DNA of 64,000 bases, taken from contig JASFQK010000035.1 in the NCBI GenBank assembly GCA_050115495.1, positions 12,514 through 76,513 of the forward strand. The letters are read 5' to 3'. Position numbers and translations under genes: made by a program. The stretch is from Phycisphaerae bacterium. GTDB lineage: Bacteria; Planctomycetota; Phycisphaerae; UBA1845; Fen-1342. Every line of letters begins with the position of its first letter. Position 1 is the first letter of the stretch. The notes under the pieces were generated by a model. The model was not told the origin of the DNA. It searched no databases and worked only from the letters and a program-made list of their open reading frames with translations. This document shows positions 19,284 through 29,088 of the stretch, in pieces.

Positions 19284-20144
19284 CTATGCCGTGGGGGCGG
19301 CGGGGTCCACCAGCATGTTGTCGATCAGCCGGGCCGGGCCGATGCGGACGGCCAGGGCGATCAGCACGGGGGCGCCGACCTCCGCGACCGGCTGAAGAGA
19401 CTCGGGGTCCACAATGCTGAGGTAGTCGATGCGGGCCGGGCCGGCGCGTTCGATCGTCTCGCGGAGAACGGCCAGCAGCGCCACGGTGTCGCGTTCGCCG
19501 GCGTGAATCCGTTCTCGGACGTCGCAAAGGCCGCGGTACAGGCACGTGGCCTGTTGCCGCTCGGCGGGTGACAGGTATCGGTTCCGGCTGCTGAGAGCCA
19601 GGCCGCTCTCTTCCCGCACGATCGGGCAGCCGACGATCTCCAGCGGCAGGTCGAGATCGGCGACCATCCGGCGCAGGACAGCCAGTTGCTGGTAGTCCTT
19701 CTGGCCAAAGTAGGCCACGTTCGGCTGAATAATATTGAACAGTTTGATGCAGACGGTGGCGACGCCCGTGAAATGACCCGGGCGAAACGGGCCACAGAGC
19801 GTATCGGTCAGCCGGACAACGTGCACGGTGGTGACGGCGTCGGGACGGTACATGTCCTCGACGGCGGGGATGAAGACCTGGGCGGCGCCGGCAGCGGCGC
19901 AGCACTCGAGGTCAGCGGCCGTATCTCGCGGGTAGTTCTGATAATCCTCCCCCGGACCAAACTGCGTCGGGTTCACGAAGATACTGACGACCGGGTACGT
20001 GTCGTCGCGGCGAGCAGCCTCAATCAGGGATACATGGCCGGCGTGCAGCGCGCCCATCGTGGGCGCGAAGCCGATCCGGCGGCCGGCGTCGCGGGCGGCC
20101 CGCACGGCGGCGCGCGTCCGCGGTATGTCCCGCGTCACCTGCAT
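19284..20144 (-). CDS. panC: Pantoate--beta-alanine ligase
   Basis: PTMGALHAGH, SIFVNPTQF, RPGHFTGV, FGQKDYQQ, LALSSRN, RLIDN. Confidence 0.97.
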   Translation of the reverse strand: MQVTRDIPRTRAAVRAARDAGRRIGFAPTMGALHAGHVSLIEAARRDDTYPVVSIFVNPTQFGPGEDYQNYPRDTAADLECCAAAGAAQVFIPAVEDMYRPDAVTTVHVVRLTDTLCGPFRPGHFTGVATVCIKLFNIIQPNVAYFGQKDYQQLAVLRRMVADLDLPLEIVGCPIVREESGLALSSRNRYLSPAERQQATCLYRGLCDVRERIHAGERDTVALLAVLRETIERAGPARIDYLSIVDPESLQPVAEVGAPVLIALAVRIGPARLIDNMLVDPAAPTA

Positions 20145-20248
20145 GCGCGTATTGAACCGAAGGCGAACGCCATTGTCACGCCCGCCAATCAACGCCCCAA
20201 TCGGGTTCCGCTCTTATCGGCCACGCAGTCTGCTCACCGACCGCCTCT

Positions 20249-20276
20249 TCAAGTCGCCCCGGCAGGGCGTCGATGC
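20249..20276 (+). promoter_or_regulatory. Sigma-28-like promoter upstream of the histidine kinase operon
   Basis: TCAAG-N15-GTCGATGC; same geometry at 32206, 36154, 49613. Confidence 0.5.
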
Positions 20277-20317
20277 GACCTTCGGGATTGCCCTTATCGA
20301 CGGAGACCCGTATCGCT

Positions 20318-22192
20318 ATGTCGATCGCCCGTGAGCAGGTTGAGGCGGCCGCGGCCGGCCAGAGGCTCCGTCGTTGCTTGTGGAACGGCGTGCTGCCCGA
20401 AGCCCTCGGTCTGTGCTTCGTGGCCATCATCTTCGCCGGCTTCACGGCCGCCTACCTGATATCGGACCGGGCGTGGGCCCGGCAGACGGTGGCTGGACAG
20501 CAGGCGCAGGCACAGACGCTGGCCCAGGCACTGGCGGTGACGCTGGGGTCGTTGGGGGAGGACGAACAACAGCGCGCGGAAGACGCGATCAAGCAGTTCA
20601 CGCGACTGCCGCACGTGCGTTCGGTCTGCTGGATGACGCCGAGCGGCGAGGTGCGGCTGAGCTGGCCGCCCTCCCTGCGACCACTGGCCACGCTGCCCGA
20701 GCCGGAAGACGGCGGGCTGCGCAGCGTCAGCACCATGACGCCGGTGCGTACGCCCAGCGGCGGCCTGGCCGGCACGTTGCGCGTGGAGATCGGGGCGCCG
20801 GCGGTGTTCGGCTATCGGCCGCAACTGCTGTGGACGTGGGGCATCGCGGCAGGCGTGACGCTGCTCGTCTTCGTGGCCGTGTACGACCGCCTGCGGCGAC
20901 ACCTGCGGCCCGTGGCGGCGATCGAACGCAATCTGCACAGCTACGCCGCCGGGATCGAACAGGAGCTGACCGCGCTGACGCTCAGCGACTCGCTGGGCAA
21001 CGTGGCCCGCGGATGGAACCAGCTAATCGCCCAGTTGTCGGATCTGCAACGGCAGCAGCAGTTGGCCGCCGCCGGTCCGGGCCGCCAGGAAGAGGTGCTG
21101 TCGCGTTTCGAGAGCGCCGCCTTCCGCAAGGTGGTGGACCGCCTGCCCTTCGGCGTGTTGTGCGTGGCAGCGGACCAGACGGTCGGTTACGCGAACGAGT
21201 CGGCGGCGGGGCTGCTGGCGCGCAAGACCGAGGAGCTGGTCGGCAAGACGCTGGCCGAAGTGATCGAGGACCCGGCGGTCTGCCAAGCCGTGACCGGGGC
21301 GCTGGCCCGCGGCGGAAGCGGACTGGCCGTCGACCAGGTCTCGCAGCAGGGCGGACACGAAGTCAGCCTGCGTTTCCGCGTGCTGCCGCTGTCGGGACGG
21401 ACGGGGGCGGGCGGATCTCCGGACGGGGCCCTGGTGGCCGTGGAGGACATCGGCCAGTTGCGCGAGGACCAGCGGGCCCGCGACAACTTCCTCTACCACG
21501 TCACGCACGAGCTGCGCACGCCGCTGACGAACATCAACGCCTACACCGAGACGCTGACCAAGCCCGGCTTCGACGACGAGCAGACGCGCAAGGAATGCTA
21601 CAACGTGATCGTCAGCGAGACGCGGCGGCTGTCGAGCCTGGTGGAGAACATCCTCAGCATCTCGCAGCTCGAGGTGGGCACGGCCCGCTTGGACGTCGGC
21701 GAGGTCGAGCTGGTGCGCCTGCTGCGGCAGATCGTACAGGACAACCTGGGCGCCGCGGACGAAAAGCGCATCGACCTGACGCTGACCATGCCGCCGAAGG
21801 TGCCCAAGATCCGCGGCGACAAGCAACGGCTCGCCGTGCTGCTCAACAACCTGATCGGCAACGCCGTGAAGTACACGCCCGCCGGCGGCACGGTGCAGGT
21901 CGCGCTGGAATGCACTGAACAGACCGTGCGCATCGGCGTCCGGGATTCGGGAATCGGCATCGCCCCCGAAGACCAGACCCACGTGTTCGAGAAGTTCTAC
22001 CGGGCGGCGGACGACCACGTGCAGGAGGTCACCGGTACCGGCCTCGGGCTGGCGATCGCCCACGAGGTGGCCCGGCTGCACGGTGGCGAGATCCACCTGG
22101 AGAGTGAGGTCGGCCAGGGCTCGACCTTCACCGTCGAACTGCCGCGTTCGTCGACGGAATCGGCAACGCAGGGGACGGAGGTATCCACGTGA
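20318..22192 (+). CDS. Membrane sensor histidine kinase with PAS domain
   Basis: Two TM helices, PAS-like (LPFGVLCV...YANESA), H-box HELRTPL, N-box NLIGNAVKY, DSGIGI, FEKFYR, GTGLGL. Confidence 0.93.
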   Translation: MSIAREQVEAAAAGQRLRRCLWNGVLPEALGLCFVAIIFAGFTAAYLISDRAWARQTVAGQQAQAQTLAQALAVTLGSLGEDEQQRAEDAIKQFTRLPHVRSVCWMTPSGEVRLSWPPSLRPLATLPEPEDGGLRSVSTMTPVRTPSGGLAGTLRVEIGAPAVFGYRPQLLWTWGIAAGVTLLVFVAVYDRLRRHLRPVAAIERNLHSYAAGIEQELTALTLSDSLGNVARGWNQLIAQLSDLQRQQQLAAAGPGRQEEVLSRFESAAFRKVVDRLPFGVLCVAADQTVGYANESAAGLLARKTEELVGKTLAEVIEDPAVCQAVTGALARGGSGLAVDQVSQQGGHEVSLRFRVLPLSGRTGAGGSPDGALVAVEDIGQLREDQRARDNFLYHVTHELRTPLTNINAYTETLTKPGFDDEQTRKECYNVIVSETRRLSSLVENILSISQLEVGTARLDVGEVELVRLLRQIVQDNLGAADEKRIDLTLTMPPKVPKIRGDKQRLAVLLNNLIGNAVKYTPAGGTVQVALECTEQTVRIGVRDSGIGIAPEDQTHVFEKFYRAADDHVQEVTGTGLGLAIAHEVARLHGGEIHLESEVGQGSTFTVELPRSSTESATQGTEVST

Positions 22193-22608
22193 GCAGTCGG
22201 ATTCTGGTGGCCGAGGACGACCCGCACATCCTACGGCTCATCTGCATGTGGCTGGAGCGGCAGGGTCACGAGGTGATCGAAGCCCGCAACGGGCTGGCCG
22301 CCCGGGAGAAGCTGGAGGCCGAGCCCGTCGACGTGCTCGTGTCCGACGTGAACATGCCCGGCATCGACGGCATCGAGCTGATCGAAGCCGTGCTGCCCAA
22401 AGGACAGGTGCGCCGCGGGGTCGTTGTCCTGACCAACCGCTGGGACCACAGCGATATCCGCGAGCGGCTGGCCGCTCACGGCGTCCACGTTCTGCCGAAG
22501 CCGTTCAGCCCCAGCCGACTATCGGAACTGGTGGAGTCACTGGCCAGCGGTGAACCGTTCGCCAGTGTGTCGAGTGAATCCGGGGAGACTGGCGGGAAAG
22601 ATGAGTAA
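22189..22608 (+). CDS. Single-domain response regulator (receiver)
   Basis: ILVAEDD, SDVNMPGIDG, KPF; GTGA overlap with kinase. Confidence 0.92.
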   Translation: MSSRILVAEDDPHILRLICMWLERQGHEVIEARNGLAAREKLEAEPVDVLVSDVNMPGIDGIELIEAVLPKGQVRRGVVVLTNRWDHSDIRERLAAHGVHVLPKPFSPSRLSELVESLASGEPFASVSSESGETGGKDE

Positions 22609-24160
22609 TCGCGATCCGGCAACGTCGACCGGCAACGCGCCTCAGCCCGGCACGGACGAGCGCCTCGTCCACGATCTGGTGGGCGGGCTCTCCACGCCCA
22701 GCGGGGCGCAGGCGGTATCTCTGGGCCTGCTCGGCTGCGCGGTGGCCACAGCGCAGACGCCGCAGCACTGCCGGCACACGTGCCTGGGGTCGGAGGGGCC
22801 GGGAGCCTGCCCGTTTCTCGCCGCGGCGACGCGCGGAGAGCTCGACCTCAGCAGTCTGGACGACGGCCGCTGTGCCCGCGGCTACCACGTGGCCGCCCAG
22901 CGGACGACCGTCGCCGGCGCGCCGGCCATCCTGGCGACCGTCGCCGGCGCTCTGCCCGACGAATCCGCCGGCGGCAACCCACAGGATCTCCTGAAGCGTC
23001 TGGAGGTGGCGGGCGCGTGCGTCCAGCGGGTAAGCCAGCTCCTCGAAGAGAACACCGGCTTCGCCGAAGAGGTCCTGCGCAACTACGAGCAGTTGAATCT
23101 CATCTTCGAGGTCACCCAGCAGACGGCGCGGGTCACCGACACGCGAGCGATCAAGCAACTGCTGCTCGAACGCGTCGGCCAGCTCCTCAGCGCCGAGACC
23201 GTCTGGCTGATCGACAGCAACGGCGAATCGCTGGTGCGCCAGTCCCGCGGCCGATCCCGCGGCGGCCCCGACGCGCAGTCGCGCGTGCCGGTCGCGACCA
23301 GCACCGTCGAGCTGGTGCGCCGCACGCAACAGGTCCAGGTAACCACGATCGACGGCCGGCAGGCGATCGTCGGTCCGCTGCCGCACCTCGACCGACAAGT
23401 CGACGTCGTGCTGGCCCTCGCCCCGACGGGTGAGCAGCCCTTCACGTCGGGCGACATGATGCTCTGCGAATCGGTGCTGTCCTTCGGCGGCCAGATCCTC
23501 AGCAATTGCGAATTGCAGGAACGCCTGCGCCGCATGTCGCTCCAGGTGATCCGGGCGCTGGTGGCGGCGATCGACAAGAAGGATCACTACACCAGTGGTC
23601 ACTCCGAGCGGGTCGGCCTGCTGACGCGGCTGACGGCCGAGCAGTACGACCTGTCGCCGGAGGAATTGCAGGGGATGGAGTGGGCCGGGCTGCTGCACGA
23701 CATCGGCAAAATCGGCATTCCCGAGGAGATTCTCTGCAAGCCGGGCAAGCTGACGGCGGCGGAGTTCGCGGTCATCAAGCGGCATCCGCTGATGGGCCAC
23801 GAGATCCTACAGCCGATCGCCGGGTTCCAGTTGGTGCTGGACGGCGTGCGGCATCACCACGAGCACCCGGACGGCAGCGGCTATCCGGACGGGCTGACGG
23901 GCGACGCGATTCCGCTCGTGGCCCGGATCATCCACGTGGCAGACACGTTCGACGCCCTGACGTCGACGCGGTCGTATCGCCGGGCGTTCAGCATCGACAA
24001 GGCCATCCTGATTATCCGCGAGGAGCAGGGCGGGCGGATCGACAGCGAAGCGGCCGAGGCGTTCTTCCGGGCCTTCGAGGCCTATCGCATCAGCAACCCG
24101 GAGGATTTCGCCGGCAACTTCGGTTGCGAAGAGCGGGAGCTGGAAAGTGTGCAGTCCTGA
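22601..24160 (+). CDS. HD-GYP c-di-GMP phosphodiesterase with GAF-like and Cys-rich N-terminal sensor domains
   Basis: DHYTSGHSERV, LLHDIGKIG, HHHEHPDGSGYPDGL, ARIIHVADTFDALTSTRSYR. Confidence 0.92.
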   Translation: MSNRDPATSTGNAPQPGTDERLVHDLVGGLSTPSGAQAVSLGLLGCAVATAQTPQHCRHTCLGSEGPGACPFLAAATRGELDLSSLDDGRCARGYHVAAQRTTVAGAPAILATVAGALPDESAGGNPQDLLKRLEVAGACVQRVSQLLEENTGFAEEVLRNYEQLNLIFEVTQQTARVTDTRAIKQLLLERVGQLLSAETVWLIDSNGESLVRQSRGRSRGGPDAQSRVPVATSTVELVRRTQQVQVTTIDGRQAIVGPLPHLDRQVDVVLALAPTGEQPFTSGDMMLCESVLSFGGQILSNCELQERLRRMSLQVIRALVAAIDKKDHYTSGHSERVGLLTRLTAEQYDLSPEELQGMEWAGLLHDIGKIGIPEEILCKPGKLTAAEFAVIKRHPLMGHEILQPIAGFQLVLDGVRHHHEHPDGSGYPDGLTGDAIPLVARIIHVADTFDALTSTRSYRRAFSIDKAILIIREEQGGRIDSEAAEAFFRAFEAYRISNPEDFAGNFGCEERELESVQS

Positions 24161-25415
24161 GGCAATCACGATCGCCGGCCGGGGGCTGGCCGCGGCGTCG
24201 CTGGCGACAGCGCCGAGCCTGGCGCTCTCCGAGCTTCTGACCGGCGCCGTCCTTCTGGTCACGGGCGGCGCGCTGGGCGCCGCCCTGTTCGGCTTCACCC
24301 GCCGGCGAGACCCGGTGGCCAGCCAACCGCTGGACAACCTCTCCGCCGGCGCGACGGCCACGCTGCCGCCGCCGCCCCCCTCCGCCGAGACGGAGGTCGG
24401 CCGGCGCATGACCACGGCGTACCTCGCCTGGCTCGCCGGTAACGATGAGCAGGCGGACCTGTGGAGCTCGTTCGACCAGTTGATCCGCGAGATGCTCACC
24501 GAGCACGTGGGGGCCACGCGCGTGCGCTGCTACCACGTGCAGCCCGGAGAGGCGGCGCTGCAGCCGATCTCCGGCACATCGGCGGAGACGCCCAGCGCCC
24601 GGGAGGGCGTGCTGGGCTACGTGGCCACGACCGGCCGCGAGTACGTCGCCGGCGACGACAGCCACGGCCCGCTGGTGGACGACCTGGCCGCCCAGGGCGG
24701 CGAGGATTGGGCCTGGGTGTGGCCGATCACCGAACACGGCGTCACCGTCGGCGTGGTGGCCACGGGCCGGCTGCCCGCGGAGCGACCGCTCTCGGACGAG
24801 CGGCGACAAGCCGTGGGCGCGTTTCTGACGCTCATGTGGCAGCACATCGCCAGCCACGAACGGCTGCGCGTCGTGCAGCGCACGGACAAGGCGACGGGCG
24901 TGCTGACGCGCAACGACTTCTTCACGCTCGCCGGGCATGCCCTGGCCGATTCGTACCGCGAAAACGAGCCCGTCGTCATGATGGTCCTCGTCCTCGAAGG
25001 GCTCCGCGGACTCGACGACGCCGGCTGCTGGCAGGCCCGGGATACGCTCATCCGCCAACTCGGCGAGCTTATCGCTCGCCGCACGCGCAGCGACGACCTC
25101 GTCGGCCGCTTCGCCGACGACCGTTTCGTCGTGCTGCTGCGCCGCCTCGACAGCGGTCTGGGGCGGCTCATTGCTGAGAAGACGCTGGCCAGCGCCCGAA
25201 CGTGCCTGGCTCAGCTCGAAGGGGTGGCCGGTCGCGTGCAGTTCCGCATCGGCCTGGTGGGCAGCGGGTTTACCCGACTGCCGCTCGATGGACTGCTGGT
25301 CGCCGCGTTCGGCGCGGTCGACCAGGCTCGCAAAGGGGGCGCAGCCATATGGACCGATCTCGAGGAGAAACGCGCCACGCCGGAACGTGGGCCGAGACCG
25401 ACGGGGAGTACGTAG
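24147..25415 (+). CDS. TM + GAF-like + degenerate GGDEF protein (probable c-di-GMP receptor)
   Basis: TDKATG, RSDD-LVGRF-ADDRF: RxxD I-site intact, GGDEF replaced by ADDRF. Confidence 0.8.
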   Translation: MCSPEAITIAGRGLAAASLATAPSLALSELLTGAVLLVTGGALGAALFGFTRRRDPVASQPLDNLSAGATATLPPPPPSAETEVGRRMTTAYLAWLAGNDEQADLWSSFDQLIREMLTEHVGATRVRCYHVQPGEAALQPISGTSAETPSAREGVLGYVATTGREYVAGDDSHGPLVDDLAAQGGEDWAWVWPITEHGVTVGVVATGRLPAERPLSDERRQAVGAFLTLMWQHIASHERLRVVQRTDKATGVLTRNDFFTLAGHALADSYRENEPVVMMVLVLEGLRGLDDAGCWQARDTLIRQLGELIARRTRSDDLVGRFADDRFVVLLRRLDSGLGRLIAEKTLASARTCLAQLEGVAGRVQFRIGLVGSGFTRLPLDGLLVAAFGAVDQARKGGAAIWTDLEEKRATPERGPRPTGST

Positions 25416-25426
25416 GACCGAGGCAC

Positions 25427-25765
25427 GTGAAAGTACAAACGCAGCCCGAGGGCCAGGTGACCGTGGTCAACCCGCACGGCCCATTAGTAGTGGATGATCT
25501 GGCTGACCTGCGGCGGGCGCTGGAGACGACGCCCGGCGGACCGGCCCGGCGGGTGGTCATCGATATGGCCGACGTGCCGTACGTGGACAGCGGCGGCATC
25601 GAGATGCTGCTCGAGATGTGTGGGGCGCACCTGCCGCCCCACCAGCGGCCCAAGCTGGCCGCCCTGACCGAAACGTGCCGGGAAGCACTCGACCTGACCG
25701 ACGTGCTGCCCCGGCTGGACGTGTTCGACACCGTGGAAAACGCCTTGCGAAGCTGCCAGCGATGA
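25427..25765 (+). CDS. STAS-domain protein (anti-sigma-factor antagonist type)
   Basis: VVIDMADVPYVDSGGIEML with conserved Ser; LDVFDTVENAL; GTG start at 25427. Confidence 0.85.
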   Translation: MKVQTQPEGQVTVVNPHGPLVVDDLADLRRALETTPGGPARRVVIDMADVPYVDSGGIEMLLEMCGAHLPPHQRPKLAALTETCREALDLTDVLPRLDVFDTVENALRSCQR

Positions 25766-27513
25766 GCGTGCACCGCACCGGAAAACTCGGTCAGCTCCTG
25801 CTCGATGAAGGCCTGGTCACCGAGGCCGACCTGCTGCGCGCCCTCGAAGCGCAGAACACCGATAACCGCCGGCTCGGCGAACTGCTCATCGACCTGAGCA
25901 TCCTCTCGCCGAAGGCCATGCTCAGCGCGCTGGCCAAGCAGCTCGGCGTGAAATGCTGCCAGCTCCGCCACGGGCTCATCGATCCAGCCGCCGCCCGCCT
26001 GCTCGACCGCGAGGAGGCCACGCGGCTGAAGGTCCTGCCGCTGTTCAAGGTTGAAGACCGGCTGACGGTCGCCATGACCGAACCGCAGGCCCTGCCGACG
26101 ATCGATCGGCTCAGCGCCCTGACCGGCTGCGAGATCAACCCCATCCTCGCCCTCGAAAACAACATCACTGAGTTCCAGGAGAAGTACCTCGGCGAGCAGG
26201 TGGACATCGACTCGTTCCTGGTCAACCTGACCGAGAGCGAGGTGCAGGTCGTCGAACGGGAGACGGTCGACGAGGACAGCGCCCATGAAATCGGCCGCAT
26301 GGTCGAGGGCAGCCCGATCGTCAACCTCGTCAACCTGGCGATCATGACCGCCATCCGCGACAAGGCCAGTGACATCCACGTCGAGCCGACCAAGCGGGCG
26401 ACGAACATTCGCTACCGCATCGACGGCAACCTGCGCGAACTCATGTCCGCCCCGACCAGCATGCACGCCGCAATCGTCTCGCGCATCAAGGTCATCGGCA
26501 AGATGGACATCGCCGAGCGCCGGCTGCCGCAGGAAGGCCGAGTGCACGTCGTCGCCGAAGGCCGCGAGATCGACCTGCGTGTCTCGTCCATGCCCACGCT
26601 GCTGGGCGAGAAGATCGTCATCCGCATCCTGGACAAGACGAACCTCAATGTCTCGCTGGACAAGCTCGGCGTCAACGTGCATCAGATGGACGCCTTCCGC
26701 CGGATCTTCTCGCGGCCACACGGCATCGTCCTGGTCACCGGGCCGACGGGCAGCGGCAAGACGACCACACTGTATTCCGTGCTCGACCTGCTCAACGCGC
26801 CGGAGAAGAACCTGGTCACCATCGAGGACCCGGTCGAGTACCAGCTCGACGGCGTGAACCAGATCCAGGTGAATGAACATATCGGCATGACCTTCGCCCG
26901 GGCCCTGCGGTCGATCCTGCGACAGGACCCGGACGTGGTCATGGTGGGCGAGATTCGCGATACGGACACGGCTCGCGTCGCCATTCAGGCGGCGCTGACC
27001 GGCCACCTGGTGCTCTCGACGCTGCACACGAACAACGCACCGGGGGCGTTCGTGCGTCTGGCCGATATGGGCGTCGAACGCTACCTCCTGGCGTCGGCGT
27101 TCAACGGCGTCGTGGCTCAGCGTTTGGCGCGGACGATCTGCCCGCACTGCCGCACGTCGTACTACCCGCCGGAAAGTGCCCTCGCCGACGCCGGTTGGCT
27201 CGACCGCACCGAACAGGTGTTCTACAAGGGCGAAGGCTGCAAGCAGTGCCACGACAGCGGCTATCGCGGGCGGGCCGGGATCTACGAAGTTCTCGAAGTG
27301 ACGGAGAGCGTGCGCAGCGTGCTGCATCGGGCCGAGGACGAGGGCGAGATCCGCGAGGTCGCCCGGCAACACGGCTGGCGAACGTTACGCGAGGAGGGGC
27401 TCGTGCTCGTCGAGCAAGAACGCTCAACGCTGGAAGAGGTGCTGCGGGTGACGCACGCGGAAACGGAGTCGCGTACCCGGGCGGAGCGCAGCCCGGAACC
27501 TGCCATAGCGTAG
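25762..27513 (+). CDS. PilB/GspE/MshE-type assembly ATPase with N-terminal MshEN motifs
   Basis: KLGQLLLDEGLV..LLRALEAQ / RLGELLIDL..LSALAKQ; ASDIHVEP; GPTGSGKTTT; LRQDPDVVMVGEIRD; CPHC/CKQC. Confidence 0.95.
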   Translation: MSVHRTGKLGQLLLDEGLVTEADLLRALEAQNTDNRRLGELLIDLSILSPKAMLSALAKQLGVKCCQLRHGLIDPAAARLLDREEATRLKVLPLFKVEDRLTVAMTEPQALPTIDRLSALTGCEINPILALENNITEFQEKYLGEQVDIDSFLVNLTESEVQVVERETVDEDSAHEIGRMVEGSPIVNLVNLAIMTAIRDKASDIHVEPTKRATNIRYRIDGNLRELMSAPTSMHAAIVSRIKVIGKMDIAERRLPQEGRVHVVAEGREIDLRVSSMPTLLGEKIVIRILDKTNLNVSLDKLGVNVHQMDAFRRIFSRPHGIVLVTGPTGSGKTTTLYSVLDLLNAPEKNLVTIEDPVEYQLDGVNQIQVNEHIGMTFARALRSILRQDPDVVMVGEIRDTDTARVAIQAALTGHLVLSTLHTNNAPGAFVRLADMGVERYLLASAFNGVVAQRLARTICPHCRTSYYPPESALADAGWLDRTEQVFYKGEGCKQCHDSGYRGRAGIYEVLEVTESVRSVLHRAEDEGEIREVARQHGWRTLREEGLVLVEQERSTLEEVLRVTHAETESRTRAERSPEPAIA

Positions 27514-27802
27514 CGTCCGGGCTCCGTACCGGACGTCCGAACGTGTGGCATGCCCAAGCGCAGCGCGGGCATGTAACGTCGACCCCCCGTGGCCGACGTC
27601 GATCGCAGCATACGCCGCGCTGCGGAAGACACTGCTCAAGAGCAGTGGCACACCGCGGCGTGGCTCCCGTCCGGGCTCCGTACCGGACGTCCGAACGTGT
27701 GGCATGCCCAAGCGCAGCGCGGGCATGTAGCGTCGGCCCCCCGTGGCCGACGTCGACCGGCGGGTGACCAGCGCACTGGTGGACAAGCCACCAATGGCAC
27801 CC
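27510..27802. repeat. Mosaic REP cluster (BIME-like) between pilB and pilC homologs
   Basis: 89-bp direct duplication (27514-27602 vs 27668-27756, 2 mismatches) of GTAG hairpins, plus CACTGCTCAAGAGCAGTG (27630) and CACTGGTGG-family (27773) palindromes. Confidence 0.88.
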
Positions 27803-27839
27803 GCCCGTGTGGCCCGCCCCAGGCGGCGGGAGGTGATTC

Positions 27840-29066
27840 ATGCGGTTCGCATACGAAGCGATGCGTCCGGACGGCAGCACGGTCGTCGACGCCGTTGAGG
27901 CGGCCGACCGCGGCGAGGCCGTCGAGAGCCTGCGGACCAAGGGGCTGATGGTCCTGCGGCTCAACGAAGCCGCCGCAGCGGCGGCGGGTGCCGCAACCGG
28001 CGGCCGGCCGGGACTGTCGCTGTATAGCAGCAAGATCACCGCCCGCGACATCGTCCTGTTCACCCGGCAGTTGAAGATGCTGCTCGAATCGGGCTCGCCG
28101 CTGGTGCCGGCCCTCGAGGCCGCCGCCCAGCAGACGCAAAAGCCCGCCATGCGCAACATCCTCAAACGCCTCCAGGAGCGCGTCGAGGAGGGCGACAGCC
28201 TCTCCGAGGCCATGGATCTCGAGCAGGACGCCTTCGATCCGGTCTTCCGCAGCATGGTCGCCGCCGGCGAGGCCACGGCCACACTGCCCGACGTGTTCGG
28301 GCGGCTATGCACGCTGGCCCAGCAGCGCATGCAGACGCGCAAGATGGTGCTCGGCGCCATGCTCTACCCACTGATCCTGACGCTGCTGCTGGTCGGCGTG
28401 ATGGGCGTGCTCATCTTCTTCGTCGTGCCCCGCTTCCGCACGCTCTTCGACAGCCTCAAATCGCCGCTGCCGCCGACGACCAAAGTGCTGTTCGACGCCG
28501 CGGCCAACCTGCAGACGACCTGGCCCTATTTCGTGGGAGGGGCGGTCGCGGCGATCGCGACCCTTGTCGTCTGTTTGCGGCTGCGAAGTACGCGGCAGTG
28601 GATCGAGGAGGCGATGCTGCGGCTGCCGGTCATCGGCAATATCGCCTCGCGGCTCATCTTCGCCCGTGTGGTGCGCGTCTGGGCGGCCATGCTGCGCTGC
28701 CACGTGCCGCTGCTCGACACGATCCACCAGTCTCGCGACGCGATTACCAACGCCGCCTTCCTGCGCCTGCTCAGCCGCATCGAGGAAACCGTCTCCGCCG
28801 GCGGACGCATGGCCCAGGCCATCAGCGACGCCCGCCTGGCCGATCCGGTGATGGTCTCGGCGATCCGCACCGGCGAGGAAAACGGCCGGCTGGCCGAAGC
28901 TGCGGATTTCGTCTCCGACTGGATGGACGAGGACAACACGCACCTCGTGCAGCAGATAACGCGTCTGACCGAGCCGCTGTTGCTGGCGTTCATGGGCGTG
29001 GTCGTCGGTTTCGTGGCCATGTCGCTGTTCTTGCCGCTGTTCGACCTGGTGACGGCGGCCGGTTGA
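27840..29066 (+). CDS. PilC/GspF inner-membrane platform protein
   Basis: FTRQLKMLLESG, VEEGDSLSEAM, MVAAGEATATL, AMLYP, TGEENGRL, TEPLL...LFLPLF. Confidence 0.95.
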   Translation: MRFAYEAMRPDGSTVVDAVEAADRGEAVESLRTKGLMVLRLNEAAAAAAGAATGGRPGLSLYSSKITARDIVLFTRQLKMLLESGSPLVPALEAAAQQTQKPAMRNILKRLQERVEEGDSLSEAMDLEQDAFDPVFRSMVAAGEATATLPDVFGRLCTLAQQRMQTRKMVLGAMLYPLILTLLLVGVMGVLIFFVVPRFRTLFDSLKSPLPPTTKVLFDAAANLQTTWPYFVGGAVAAIATLVVCLRLRSTRQWIEEAMLRLPVIGNIASRLIFARVVRVWAAMLRCHVPLLDTIHQSRDAITNAAFLRLLSRIEETVSAGGRMAQAISDARLADPVMVSAIRTGEENGRLAEAADFVSDWMDEDNTHLVQQITRLTEPLLLAFMGVVVGFVAMSLFLPLFDLVTAAG

Positions 29067-29088
29067 GGACATAAGGAGTGGCGACACG

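Noticed and set aside
20214..20221. Perfect GCCGATAA on the minus strand upstream of panC
   Set aside because: No matching -35 element at the expected spacing, so not counted in the sigma-28-like set
24147..25415. Active diguanylate cyclase
   Set aside because: Active-site motif is ADDRF and upstream catalytic residues are lost
27514..27756. CRISPR array
   Set aside because: Only two long units, built from hairpins found dispersed elsewhere; no regular repeat-spacer period and no cas genes
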